Below, piece after piece: positions 37,501-46,692 of a DNA stretch of 64,000 bases. The translations under genes were made by a program, and so were the position numbers. The notes beneath the pieces were generated by a model. It had not been told where the DNA came from and made no database searches. It saw only the letters and a program-made list of their open reading frames with translations. Every line of letters starts with the position of its first letter. Position 1 is the stretch's first letter. Source of the DNA: an uncultured bacterium (lineage in GTDB: Bacteria > Acidobacteriota > Thermoanaerobaculia > Multivoradales > JAHZIX01); contig CBDUPA010000007.1 in NCBI GenBank assembly GCA_965368975.1, forward strand, positions 128,001 through 192,000. Direction: 5' to 3'.

Positions 37501-39149
37501 TGCTCGGCCGACACTTCGAACCTGATGCACGCGCCCTGCTGTGGGCGCTGATCGTCGCTGCCGGCGCGCTGCTGGCGGCGGCACTGTGGCGCGACAGTCC
37601 GTACTTGCTGAGCGGCCTGATCACCTTGCTCGGCTTGCTCACGGCACAGCGCCTTCTGCATGCGGCATCGCTGAGCAGCTCGTCGTCTCAGGGTTGGACC
37701 CTGCAGGATGCCGCCTTGCTCGAGTGGGCCTGTGCCACGACGCTGGTGGTGGTCGGTGTCATTCTGCTGCTGCGTGCACCGCGCTGCCGGCGTACCAGCT
37801 TCGCCTGGGGCGGTCTGATGGCTCTGAGCCTGTTCGTTTTTGCCTCGGCAGAGCTGTGGTTGGTGCGGCGGCCAGAACCGCTCGGTATCGTGCCCTGGCT
37901 GGTGGCCTTCGCCATGGCGCTGGCCGGGTTGGAGTTGCTGCAGCGAGGGTTCCACCGACGCTGCGGTGATGACGAGGAAAGCAAGTGGGTCGACGCTTTC
38001 GGCCTGCGTCAGCTGTGCACCCGTTCGCAGGCGTACGCCATCGCGGGGGCGTTGATGGTCGCCTTGTTGCTGATCGCGTACAGCTCTCGCCAGTTCGACG
38101 CCGCGGTGGTTCTGCTGGCCGCGATCATGGGCTACTGCCTGGCGCTGGTCGGTGCCGCGGTGCTTCTCAAGAGCCAGCCGCTGGTCGCCGCCTTCGCCGT
38201 CTGCCTGACGGCGCTGCATCCCCTGTTCTACTTCCGCCTGGGGCCCGAGCGGGCGGCCGCGGAAGCCCCCGTTCTGTCCTTGGCCATCCTGCTGCTGACG
38301 TTGCTGGCAGGCGTCGCGGTGGAGCACAGCTTCCGTCATCCGGCGGTCGCCGCAGCTCAGAACGCAGCAGCGGACGGTAAGTCGCGGCGGCAGCCCGCCT
38401 GGTGGGGGGCCTGGTACCCCTACATCCTCAGCTTCTTCATGGCCGGCCTCTTCCTGCATCCCTACGGCCAGCACCTGGTCGGTCTGCGCGCTTTCGGGGC
38501 TCCGGCGCAACTGGTGTTCGGTGTCCTGGCCTGTGCCCTGGCCGCGGCGCTCCGGCTCCGCTGGTTGACGCGTGCCGCCATGACCTACGGTTTCGCCGTC
38601 GCGGCGCTGCTGGTGCTGCAGGTGCTAGCAGTGACGGACTATCGCCAGAGGCTGATCGTGGCCGCGGTCCTGTGTGCGGTGCAACTGCTGGCGATGGAGC
38701 GGATCGTCGATCGCCAGGCGCTGACGGCGTTGTCTGCTGGTGGCCACTGGCGTGTCAAGTGGATCAAGCGGCAGCTACTGGTCGTGGTCGCCGCCGTGCT
38801 CCTGCTCGCCGCGCTCTACTTCGACCAGGCCCTGCGCGGCAGCTGGACCACCGCCGCCTGGAGTGTGGCCGCCGTTGCCTTCCTGGTCCTCGGTTTCCTG
38901 TGGCGATCCGGTACCTACCGCCGCGTTGGCTTGGGTATCTTTGGCGTCACCATCGTGCGCGTCTTCGCTGTCGACGCACGGGGTCTCGAGGCTCCGTACC
39001 AGACGCTCGCGTTCATCTGTCTGGGCGTTTCGATGGTCGTTGTTTCCTATCTCTACCAGCGCTACCGACAGCGCATCGATCGTTGGTTGGCAGCGGAGGA
39101 AGCGCGCGAGGAGTCCGCGGTGGAGAGCGAGCCAGAGCCACGAGATTGA
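34557..39149 (+). CDS. Very large polytopic membrane protein, DUF2339-like
   Basis: Coiled coil and acidic linker, then LEAKIGGKWL; many TM helices; C-terminal WTTAAW...YRRVGL...VFAVD...AFICLG...SYLYQRY. Confidence 0.78.
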   Translation: MSADEVPRRLDALTRQLASVMDEVERLRREVHSLRAGAEMQASSSAVAPEPVLPPLPATLVGASGTELIAKSPIAEPPIAEAPLPAESPAEESPAEEPAAEELAADEAVLELPDVELPDVESPDVESPDVESPDVESPDVELVPGVEELAMPVSPVAPPPEQRERQQAELEAKIGGKWLQLAGSFVLIIGLGLFAREAVTDMAPWQRLAGLYLAAAVAFVAGFLADRRFRDRPDVAPLAARLREFARPTMGSGLAFAFFASYAGHFVAPTRCLPVLVSAVLMLAFVGALLWCAERWRSELVAGLAILLGHVAAFVAASASETYAMTAVVFLSLAAVLLQLRHSWLQLTLIALVTAFTSHALWAVRDLDASMSDRFAVQVAFLSLYYLIFVAADVIQGWRLTQLGRDAFTQRQRTCGRALGPTAIALYGPLTSAVFYFTEAYWPRIEIFFFVLAAVQVLLLIVHRRLRTGEAPLYGSTATVFVLLGLFGSLGGMALNLALAAQAMLLLVMGRLLFWYLRPLAQGVLAINFLHFWFSDARNLDTWPLFLGALVMAAMYYVKAYLGETWEPIPLDQRFSPKRGWFNRHWVRLYQRATVPIAHLQALAGGVLFTYQCDQFLPAPWDGLLMLGLALTVTIVGLWLHSASLLHGALWLQAGCLIFLWYTGGYVGNVTLAGSSQQVWLAAQLTVFVLAASAAVAVQVAARRRRRTYGRFASVALALSAVAGFGAAGAGTPVPWLFWLVLLGPIAIWTAIETWPGPNIHPVEAEDSERPWHEWTLRFYHGGERMRVLFSVVAALLTGWAVDQALPSVTATLVVLSLLGLVLAVVVVVRNSPYLLVGLGVHLVFTGALARVGLDVGEAYQNLARWGTVAAATLVCLGLQLASARRQRCSFGVGGGLAGVLAGVQLGLLCLEPAQGFDPLALWLLPMVGLWGGIELFRGNPGRCAGTQSHWTDRWGSQLFLERSQGLAATASVLLAVLTGTLLGRHFEPDARALLWALIVAAGALLAAALWRDSPYLLSGLITLLGLLTAQRLLHAASLSSSSSQGWTLQDAALLEWACATTLVVVGVILLLRAPRCRRTSFAWGGLMALSLFVFASAELWLVRRPEPLGIVPWLVAFAMALAGLELLQRGFHRRCGDDEESKWVDAFGLRQLCTRSQAYAIAGALMVALLLIAYSSRQFDAAVVLLAAIMGYCLALVGAAVLLKSQPLVAAFAVCLTALHPLFYFRLGPERAAAEAPVLSLAILLLTLLAGVAVEHSFRHPAVAAAQNAAADGKSRRQPAWWGAWYPYILSFFMAGLFLHPYGQHLVGLRAFGAPAQLVFGVLACALAAALRLRWLTRAAMTYGFAVAALLVLQVLAVTDYRQRLIVAAVLCAVQLLAMERIVDRQALTALSAGGHWRVKWIKRQLLVVVAAVLLLAALYFDQALRGSWTTAAWSVAAVAFLVLGFLWRSGTYRRVGLGIFGVTIVRVFAVDARGLEAPYQTLAFICLGVSMVVVSYLYQRYRQRIDRWLAAEEAREESAVESEPEPRD
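34886..34981 (+). repeat. 15-bp tandem repeat (PDVES x4 plus degenerate units)
   Basis: CCTGACGTCGAGTCC four times at 34908-34967. Confidence 0.9.
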
Positions 39150-39175
39150 CGGCCGGTTGTGGCAAGATGGAGGCT

Positions 39176-40009
39176 ATGAGCAAGAGCCCGCGTCGTGTCT
39201 TCGTCCTTCCCTTGCTGGCTGGCCTACTAGGAGGCCTGGCCGGCGGTTCCCTCTGCTGGGCACAGGCAGCGGTGCCGCCCGGGTCTGTGGTCCGCTGGCC
39301 CGGCCCCGACCTCGACGCTTGCCGTCTAGATGGTGAGGCTTGGCAGCCGCAGGCCGAAGCTTGCCTCTATCCTATCGACTTGCAGCGCACGGGTTCGCTG
39401 ACGTTGGAGCGGCGCCAGGGCGGCACCTGGCAACAACGGACAGTACGCGTTGGGGACTACCCCTACGACGTCCAGCGCCTGACCATCCAGGACCAGACCT
39501 ACACCGATATCAGCGCCGACAACCTGGAGCGCATCAACGCCGAGAACCGGCGCATCGGCGCGCTGTGGGGACTGCGCACGGCGCGTCGCTTTTCGCTGCC
39601 CGTGCGTGGACCGCTGGCCGACCTGCCCAAGGGAGGCCGCTTCGGTTCCAAGCGGATTATCAACGGCGAGTCCAAGCGGCCTCACTCCGGCGCCGACTAT
39701 GCCGCCGTCACCGGCACGCCCGTGCTCGCCATCGACGACGGCACCGTGATGCTGGCCGAGGAGCATTTCTTCGCCGGCAACAGCGTCTTCATTGACCATG
39801 GAGACGGTCTGATCACCATGTATTTCCACCTCGATGGTCTACGCGTCGAGAAGGGAGACCCGGTCCTGCGCGGTCAGATTGTCGGTATGTCAGGGGCCAC
39901 CGGCCGCGTCACCGGACCACACCTACACTTCGGTGTCCGCTGGCGTGGTGCCCGCATCGATCCCGCCTTCCTCTACGCCGACCCGGTGTCCCTGCCCGCG
40001 GTGCCGTGA
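39176..40009 (+). CDS. M23 family metallopeptidase
   Basis: Signal peptide; HSGAD (HxxxD), GNSVFIDHG, YFHL, TGPHLHF. Confidence 0.92.
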   Translation: MSKSPRRVFVLPLLAGLLGGLAGGSLCWAQAAVPPGSVVRWPGPDLDACRLDGEAWQPQAEACLYPIDLQRTGSLTLERRQGGTWQQRTVRVGDYPYDVQRLTIQDQTYTDISADNLERINAENRRIGALWGLRTARRFSLPVRGPLADLPKGGRFGSKRIINGESKRPHSGADYAAVTGTPVLAIDDGTVMLAEEHFFAGNSVFIDHGDGLITMYFHLDGLRVEKGDPVLRGQIVGMSGATGRVTGPHLHFGVRWRGARIDPAFLYADPVSLPAVP

Positions 40010-40067
40010 GCGTCGCGGCTGCATAGCTGCAACAAAGAGGTAGCAACAACAAGCGGTAGGAGCAGCA

Positions 40068-40096
40068 AGAGCCGGCTCCCGACGGGAACCGGCTCT
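40068..40096 (-). terminator. Intrinsic terminator after M43 copy 1
   Basis: AGAGCCGG-CTCCC-GAC-GGGAA-CCGGCTCT. Confidence 0.65.
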
Positions 40097-40119
40097 CTGG
40101 GGCGAAGCGAAGTAGGGGC

Positions 40120-41058
40120 TTACAAGCTAGGCTTGTAGATCGAAACTGCGGTCTGCATGCGCGTACCCTGGCCCGCCGTGAAGTTGTCCATGCAGGCGTC
40201 GTCCGAGTAGCTCATGAAGTTGTCCACCGGATCGAGACCCGGCTGGCTCGGGCAGGAGTCGAGGCCAACGGGGCAGCCGTAGCCCGGGCTGGAGTGGTAC
40301 GGCGTGTCGTCGACGTAGTCACCCGGCGGCGTGCAGCCACCCTGGAAGGTGTGGTAGAGGCCGAGGTAGTGGCCGACTTCGTGGGTGCCGGTGTCGCCGA
40401 GGTTGTACGGAGCGGCGGAACCGCCCGGCAGCGAGGAATACAGCATCACGACACCGTGGCGATAGTCGCTCTCCGCGAACGACCAGGGAAAGTAGGCCCA
40501 GCCAAGGATGCCGCCCGCCGGGTTGCAGGTGTAGATGTTGAGATGCGTCGCCGGATCGACGGCTAGCGCTGCCTTGATGCGGTTCTCGATGTTGGTGCTG
40601 TAGCAGTTGTTGAACGCGCGGTTGCTGCGCGTGCGGTCTACGCTGGCCAGCGTGAAGGAAAAGCCGTGGCTGGCGTAGGCGTTGTTGAGCACGGTGATCT
40701 GATCGTTGATCTGGGACAGCGGCACGTTGCCGACGCCCGAGTTGTTGTAGATCACGTGGAAGGCGACCGGGATGTTGATCGTGGCCTTCTCCGGAGCGCC
40801 ATGCTCGGCGAGGTAGTTGCGGACGAACGAGTCCACGGCTTCGGCGGTGCGACGGTCAACCTTGGGCGCGCCGCAACGGGTGCCAAGGACTAGTTCACCG
40901 TGGGAGGTCAAGTAGTGAATGTCCTGGCTGACCTCGGGCGCTCTGCGGGTCTCGCGGCTGGCGTCGAACGGCTCGTCGAAGATATCGACTTCAGCCAGGG
41001 CGCTCAGGCCGCTGCAGGCGAGCAAGGCGAGACATAGAAACAAGACAGACTTCTTCAT
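40120..41058 (-). CDS. M43 (pappalysin/ulilysin-like) zinc metalloprotease, copy 1
   Basis: Signal peptide; prodomain Cys switch GTRCG; HEVGHYLGLYH; NFMSY Met-turn. Confidence 0.93.
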   Translation of the reverse strand: MKKSVLFLCLALLACSGLSALAEVDIFDEPFDASRETRRAPEVSQDIHYLTSHGELVLGTRCGAPKVDRRTAEAVDSFVRNYLAEHGAPEKATINIPVAFHVIYNNSGVGNVPLSQINDQITVLNNAYASHGFSFTLASVDRTRSNRAFNNCYSTNIENRIKAALAVDPATHLNIYTCNPAGGILGWAYFPWSFAESDYRHGVVMLYSSLPGGSAAPYNLGDTGTHEVGHYLGLYHTFQGGCTPPGDYVDDTPYHSSPGYGCPVGLDSCPSQPGLDPVDNFMSYSDDACMDNFTAGQGTRMQTAVSIYKPSL

Positions 41059-41242
41059 TGGGTTCTCCTCTCCCTGCAGGCAACGCACTCGAAGCCGGAA
41101 GTTTCCGGCCTTGGGCGGCGTCAGCCTGCGGGCATGATCGGACGGGACGGGACCCAGAAATGGATACGCAATGTAAAGATTTGCAGAGTGTAAAGGGCGG
41201 CTACTGCGTTGTCAAAGAAGTGCGCTTCGCGATGGGCAAAGA

Positions 41243-41274
41243 GAAAGCCGGCTTCCGTGAGGAAACCGGCTTTC
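41243..41274 (-). terminator. Intrinsic terminator after M43 copy 2
   Basis: GAAAGCCGG...CCGGCTTTC. Confidence 0.7.
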
Positions 41275-41334
41275 GATCCGTTCATGGACGGATGCGGCCC
41301 CGCCCCTTCGGACGGGCCCTGTGCAGACGAGGAC

Positions 41335-42294
41335 TTACAGACTGGGCTTGTAGGTGGCGAGTGCGTTCAGCGCGCGCGTCACCTGACCCGGCGTGAACTC
41401 GTACATGCAGGGGTTGTCGGTGTAGTCCATGTAGTTGTGGATCGGGTCGACACCGGTGCTGGAGCAGGTGTCACGGCCGACGGGGCAACCGCTGCCCGGG
41501 GAGGCCTCGAACGGGGTGTCGGCGACGGAGTCGCCGGGTGCCGAGCAGCCACCCTGGAAGGTGTGGTAGAGGCCAACCCAGTGACCGACCTCGTGGACCA
41601 TGATGTCACCCAGGTTGTAGGGAGCGGCGGAGCCTCCCGGCAGCGTGGCGTAGCTGATCAGCACGCCGTGACGGTAGCTGTCTTCCGGGTAGGACCACGG
41701 GAAGGTGGCCCGGCCCAGCAGGCCGCCCGAGGGACCGCAGGAGTAGACGTTCAGGTGGGTGGCCGGGGAAACGGCCAGGGAGGCGCGCATCTGCTGCTCG
41801 TTGCGTGAGTTGTCACAGCGGTCGAACCAGCTGCGGTTCTCGGTACGGTCAATGCTGTCGAGCGTGAAGCTGACGCCCATGCCAGCGTAGGCCGCGTTCA
41901 TCACTGCGACCTGATCGATGACCTGCTGATCGGTGACGTTACCCACCGTGTTGCCGCGCTGCTTCTTGGTGATCACGTGCCAGGCGACCTGGACGTTGAT
42001 GGCGGCCTTGTCCGTGGCGCCGTTCTCGGCGACGTGGTTGCGGATCAGGGTGTCGACGGCTTCCTGGGTACGCGCGTCCGGGGCGGCGACGCCACACAGC
42101 TGGCCACGACGAATCTCGCCGTTCTCGTTCAGGAAGTGGATGTCCGGCTGGACGCCACCACGGTCGGTCCGTCCCTCGACGGAAGCGAGGCTGTTGGGAT
42201 GCGAGTCTTCCGGGGCGGCGATGGCGTCCGCCAGGACGCCGGTGGCGCCGCAGAACAGGAAGGTGGCGGCGAGAATCGAGGCAGCTTTCTTCAC
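41335..42294 (-). CDS. M43 zinc metalloprotease, copy 2
   Basis: GTG start with AGGAGA RBS; HEVGHWVGLYH; NYMDY. Confidence 0.93.
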   Translation of the reverse strand: MKKAASILAATFLFCGATGVLADAIAAPEDSHPNSLASVEGRTDRGGVQPDIHFLNENGEIRRGQLCGVAAPDARTQEAVDTLIRNHVAENGATDKAAINVQVAWHVITKKQRGNTVGNVTDQQVIDQVAVMNAAYAGMGVSFTLDSIDRTENRSWFDRCDNSRNEQQMRASLAVSPATHLNVYSCGPSGGLLGRATFPWSYPEDSYRHGVLISYATLPGGSAAPYNLGDIMVHEVGHWVGLYHTFQGGCSAPGDSVADTPFEASPGSGCPVGRDTCSSTGVDPIHNYMDYTDNPCMYEFTPGQVTRALNALATYKPSL

Positions 42295-42417
42295 GAGGTT
42301 TCTCCTGGTTTCCGGCCGCACTCGATTGTTCTCGGGCGGCTTCGGAGAGAGTTGGGGGGGTGCTGTTTCAGATCGGATTCAAGTGACGGTCATCGGGACC
42401 GGGGAAGTCGGGGCCTG

Positions 42418-42446
42418 AAAAAGCCGGCTCCGAGGTGGAGCCGGCT
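42418..42446 (-). terminator. Intrinsic terminator after M43 copy 3
   Basis: AGCCGGCTCC-GAGGT-GGAGCCGGCT followed by a U-tract on the minus strand. Confidence 0.75.
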
Positions 42447-42499
42447 GGTCCCGTCCGAACCCCTGCTATGCAGGAGTTGTGGTCGGAGTCTCTGCCGTC

Positions 42500-43414
42500 T
42501 TACAGGCTGGGACGATAGGTGGCGCACATGGTCTGCATGCGCGAAGCCTGGTCGGACGTGAAGGTGTTCATGCAGCTATCGTCGGTGTAGTCCATGAAGT
42601 TGTAGATGGGATCCAGGCCGGCGCTCGAGCAGCTGTCACGGCCGACGGGGCAGCCGTAAGCCGGCGAAGCCTCGTACGGGGTGTCAGCGACGGAGTCGCC
42701 AGGCGCCGAGCAACCACCCTGGAAGGTGTGGTAGAGGCCGAGGTAGTGGCCGACTTCATGGGTCGCGGTGTCACCCAGGTTGTAGGGAGCAGCCGAGCCG
42801 CCGGGCAGCGAGGAGTGCAGCAGGACGACGCCATGGCGGTAGTCGCTCTCGGCGAAGGACCACGGGAAGTAGGCCCAGCCCAGGATGCCGTTGCTCGGGT
42901 TGCAGCTGTAGATGTTCAGGTGAGTCGAGGGATCGACGGCCAGGGCGGACTTCATCTGGTTCTCGGTGTTGCCGTTGTAGCAGCGGTCGAACCACTTGCG
43001 GCTGTTCGTGCGCGTGGTGGTCGCCAGGTTGAACGAGAAGCCGGTGCCGGCGTAGGCGGCGTTGAGCACGGACATCTGGTTGGCGATCTGCGTGTCGGAC
43101 ACGTTGCCGATGGTGTTGCCGCGCTGGGTCTTGTAGACCACGTGCCAGGCAACCTGGATGGTGCCGGCGGCCTTCTCGGGGGCGCCGTTCTCGGCGATGT
43201 AGCTCTGCACGTAGGACTCGATGGCCGCGGCGGTGCGGGCGTCGACAGCCGGGGCGCCACAGCGGGTGCCGCGGACCAGGTCGCCATCCTGGTTCAGGAA
43301 GTGGACGTCGTGGGTGACCTCGGGGGCATCAGCGCGGCTGATGCGCTCCGCGGTGACGCTCATGGCGCCACAAAGCAGGAACAGGGCACAAAGGATCGAG
43401 ACAGACTTACGCAT
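42500..43414 (-). CDS. M43 zinc metalloprotease, copy 3
   Basis: HEVGHYLGLYH; NFMDY; RGTRCG. Confidence 0.93.
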   Translation of the reverse strand: MRKSVSILCALFLLCGAMSVTAERISRADAPEVTHDVHFLNQDGDLVRGTRCGAPAVDARTAAAIESYVQSYIAENGAPEKAAGTIQVAWHVVYKTQRGNTIGNVSDTQIANQMSVLNAAYAGTGFSFNLATTTRTNSRKWFDRCYNGNTENQMKSALAVDPSTHLNIYSCNPSNGILGWAYFPWSFAESDYRHGVVLLHSSLPGGSAAPYNLGDTATHEVGHYLGLYHTFQGGCSAPGDSVADTPYEASPAYGCPVGRDSCSSAGLDPIYNFMDYTDDSCMNTFTSDQASRMQTMCATYRPSL

Positions 43415-43711
43415 GGGTAGGGATCTCCTGCTGTCGATCCGAATACAAGTTGCTCATGACACATTCTCGAAATCCCTGCTCACGCAGGAAACGCAGGAAT
43501 GCTGTATGACCGAACTCGATCGGCTCAACAGAAATAATGGGGTTTTACGGACAAGGACCCGAACAAGGGATGTAATCTGAAGCGTTGTGAGTGTATGGAT
43601 GCCAGTAAGGCATGTCAAGAGTTTTTTGCGGACCCCGGCGGATTACAAGTATGGAAATGTTGCTATGTCCTCCGCGGCAGTTGCTCCCGTCAAAAAGAGA
43701 GGGTAAGAGAA

Positions 43712-43741
43712 AGAGCCGACCTCCGGAAGAAGGTCGGCTCT
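43712..43741 (-). terminator. Intrinsic terminator after M43 copy 4
   Basis: AGAGCCGACCT...AGGTCGGCTCT. Confidence 0.7.
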
Positions 43742-43832
43742 AAGACCGCTCGATGCGGTACGTCGCAGCTGCAAAGTTCCCGGCCAGGTGCATGAGCCCT
43801 GACGGTCAGCTTCCAGGCTGGGACGAATCAGC

Positions 43833-44744
43833 TTACAGGCTGGGACGATAGGTAGCGCACATGGTCTGCATGCGCGTCGCCTGGTCGGCCGTGAAGGTGT
43901 TCATGCAGGAGTCGTCGGTGTAGTCCATGAAGTTGTAGATCGGGTCTGGGCCACCGCCGGCGCAGGTGTCACGGCCGACCGGGCAACCGTAGGCCGGGGA
44001 AGCCTCGGCCGGGGTGTCGGCGACGAAGTCACCGTTGCCGCTGCAGCCGCCCTGGAAGGTGTGGTAGAGACCCAGGTAGTGACCAACCTCGTGGGTGCCG
44101 GTGTCGCCGAGGTTGTACGGTGCGGCGGAGCCGCCGGGCAGCGAGGAGTAGAGCAGGACGACGCCGTGGCGGTAGTCGCTCTCGGCGAAGGACCAGGGGA
44201 AGTAGGCCCAACCCAGGATGCCGCCGCTCGGGTTGCAGCTGTAGATATTCAGAGTGGTCGCCGGGTTGACGTTGAGCGAGGATTTCATCTGGTTCTCGAC
44301 GTTGGTGGTGTAGCAGCGGTCGAACCAGCGGCGGTTGTTGGTGCGCGTGGTGGTCACCAGGTTGAACGAGAAGCCGGTGCCGGCGTAGGCGGCGTTGAGC
44401 ACGGCGATCTGGTTGTCGATCTGCGACTGCGGCACGTTACCGGTGGTGGTACCGCGACGAGTCTTGTAGATCACGTGGAAGGCGACATTGATGGAGCCAG
44501 CTGCCTTCTCGGGAGCACCGTTCTCGGCGATGTAGCGCTGCACGTAGGCATCAACGGCCTCGGCGGTACGCGGATCGACGGCCGGGGCGCCACAGCGGGT
44601 ACCACGGATCAGGTCGCCATGGTCGTCCAGGTAGTGGACATCGAAGGCGACGTCAGGGGCATCGCGGCTGACGCGCTCAGCGGCAACGCTCATGGCGCCG
44701 CAGAGCAGGAAGAGGGCACAGAGAATCGAGACAGACTTACGCAT
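43833..44744 (-). CDS. M43 zinc metalloprotease, copy 4
   Basis: Signal peptide essentially identical to copy 3 (MRKSVSILCALFLLCGAMSV); HEVGHYLGLYH. Confidence 0.93.
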   Translation of the reverse strand: MRKSVSILCALFLLCGAMSVAAERVSRDAPDVAFDVHYLDDHGDLIRGTRCGAPAVDPRTAEAVDAYVQRYIAENGAPEKAAGSINVAFHVIYKTRRGTTTGNVPQSQIDNQIAVLNAAYAGTGFSFNLVTTTRTNNRRWFDRCYTTNVENQMKSSLNVNPATTLNIYSCNPSGGILGWAYFPWSFAESDYRHGVVLLYSSLPGGSAAPYNLGDTGTHEVGHYLGLYHTFQGGCSGNGDFVADTPAEASPAYGCPVGRDTCAGGGPDPIYNFMDYTDDSCMNTFTADQATRMQTMCATYRPSL

Positions 44745-45208
44745 GGATAGCGTCTCCTTGCATGTTCTGTACGAAGCGGGAGGTTCAACTCTGCTCGGAT
44801 ACACAAAGCCCCTCTACCAGGGAATCGTGATCAGAATGTGGGCAAAGTGAAGTCCGCCCCAGTACGGGGGATTATAGGACCCGGGAAAGTATGCTCAAAT
44901 GCGGCCATCAGTATAGGCGGTGGTTTTCAGGCTGTCAACCTTCCGGGGCGGGATCTTCTCGGGCCTTCGCAGTTCCCCGAGAGCCCGGGCTCACCTCCCG
45001 ACACAAGGGTGGGGGCAAGAATCTATCCCTGTGGGGTGTTCCTGACGGCGGTGACATGGATAGAATGGCTCTAGAACCACCCGCGCTGCCTGGCCGTGTT
45101 CGCTTCTCCGCGCGGATTTGCCAGACTGCGGGTGGCGACTCGCAGCGCGACCCTCGCATGGATGACATTCCCCCCGACACCGCAAGACCCGCAAACCCCA
45201 AGGATTGA

Positions 45209-46651
<1,443 letters not shown>

Positions 46652-46692
46652 ACTCTCGGAACTCGGTGCCTCGAAGCGAGGCGAGGAGGTTG

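Noticed and set aside
35087-38510. Long alternative-frame ORFs (779 aa plus, 980 aa minus)
   Set aside because: Typical high-GC shadow ORFs over a membrane-protein gene, with no recognisable motifs.
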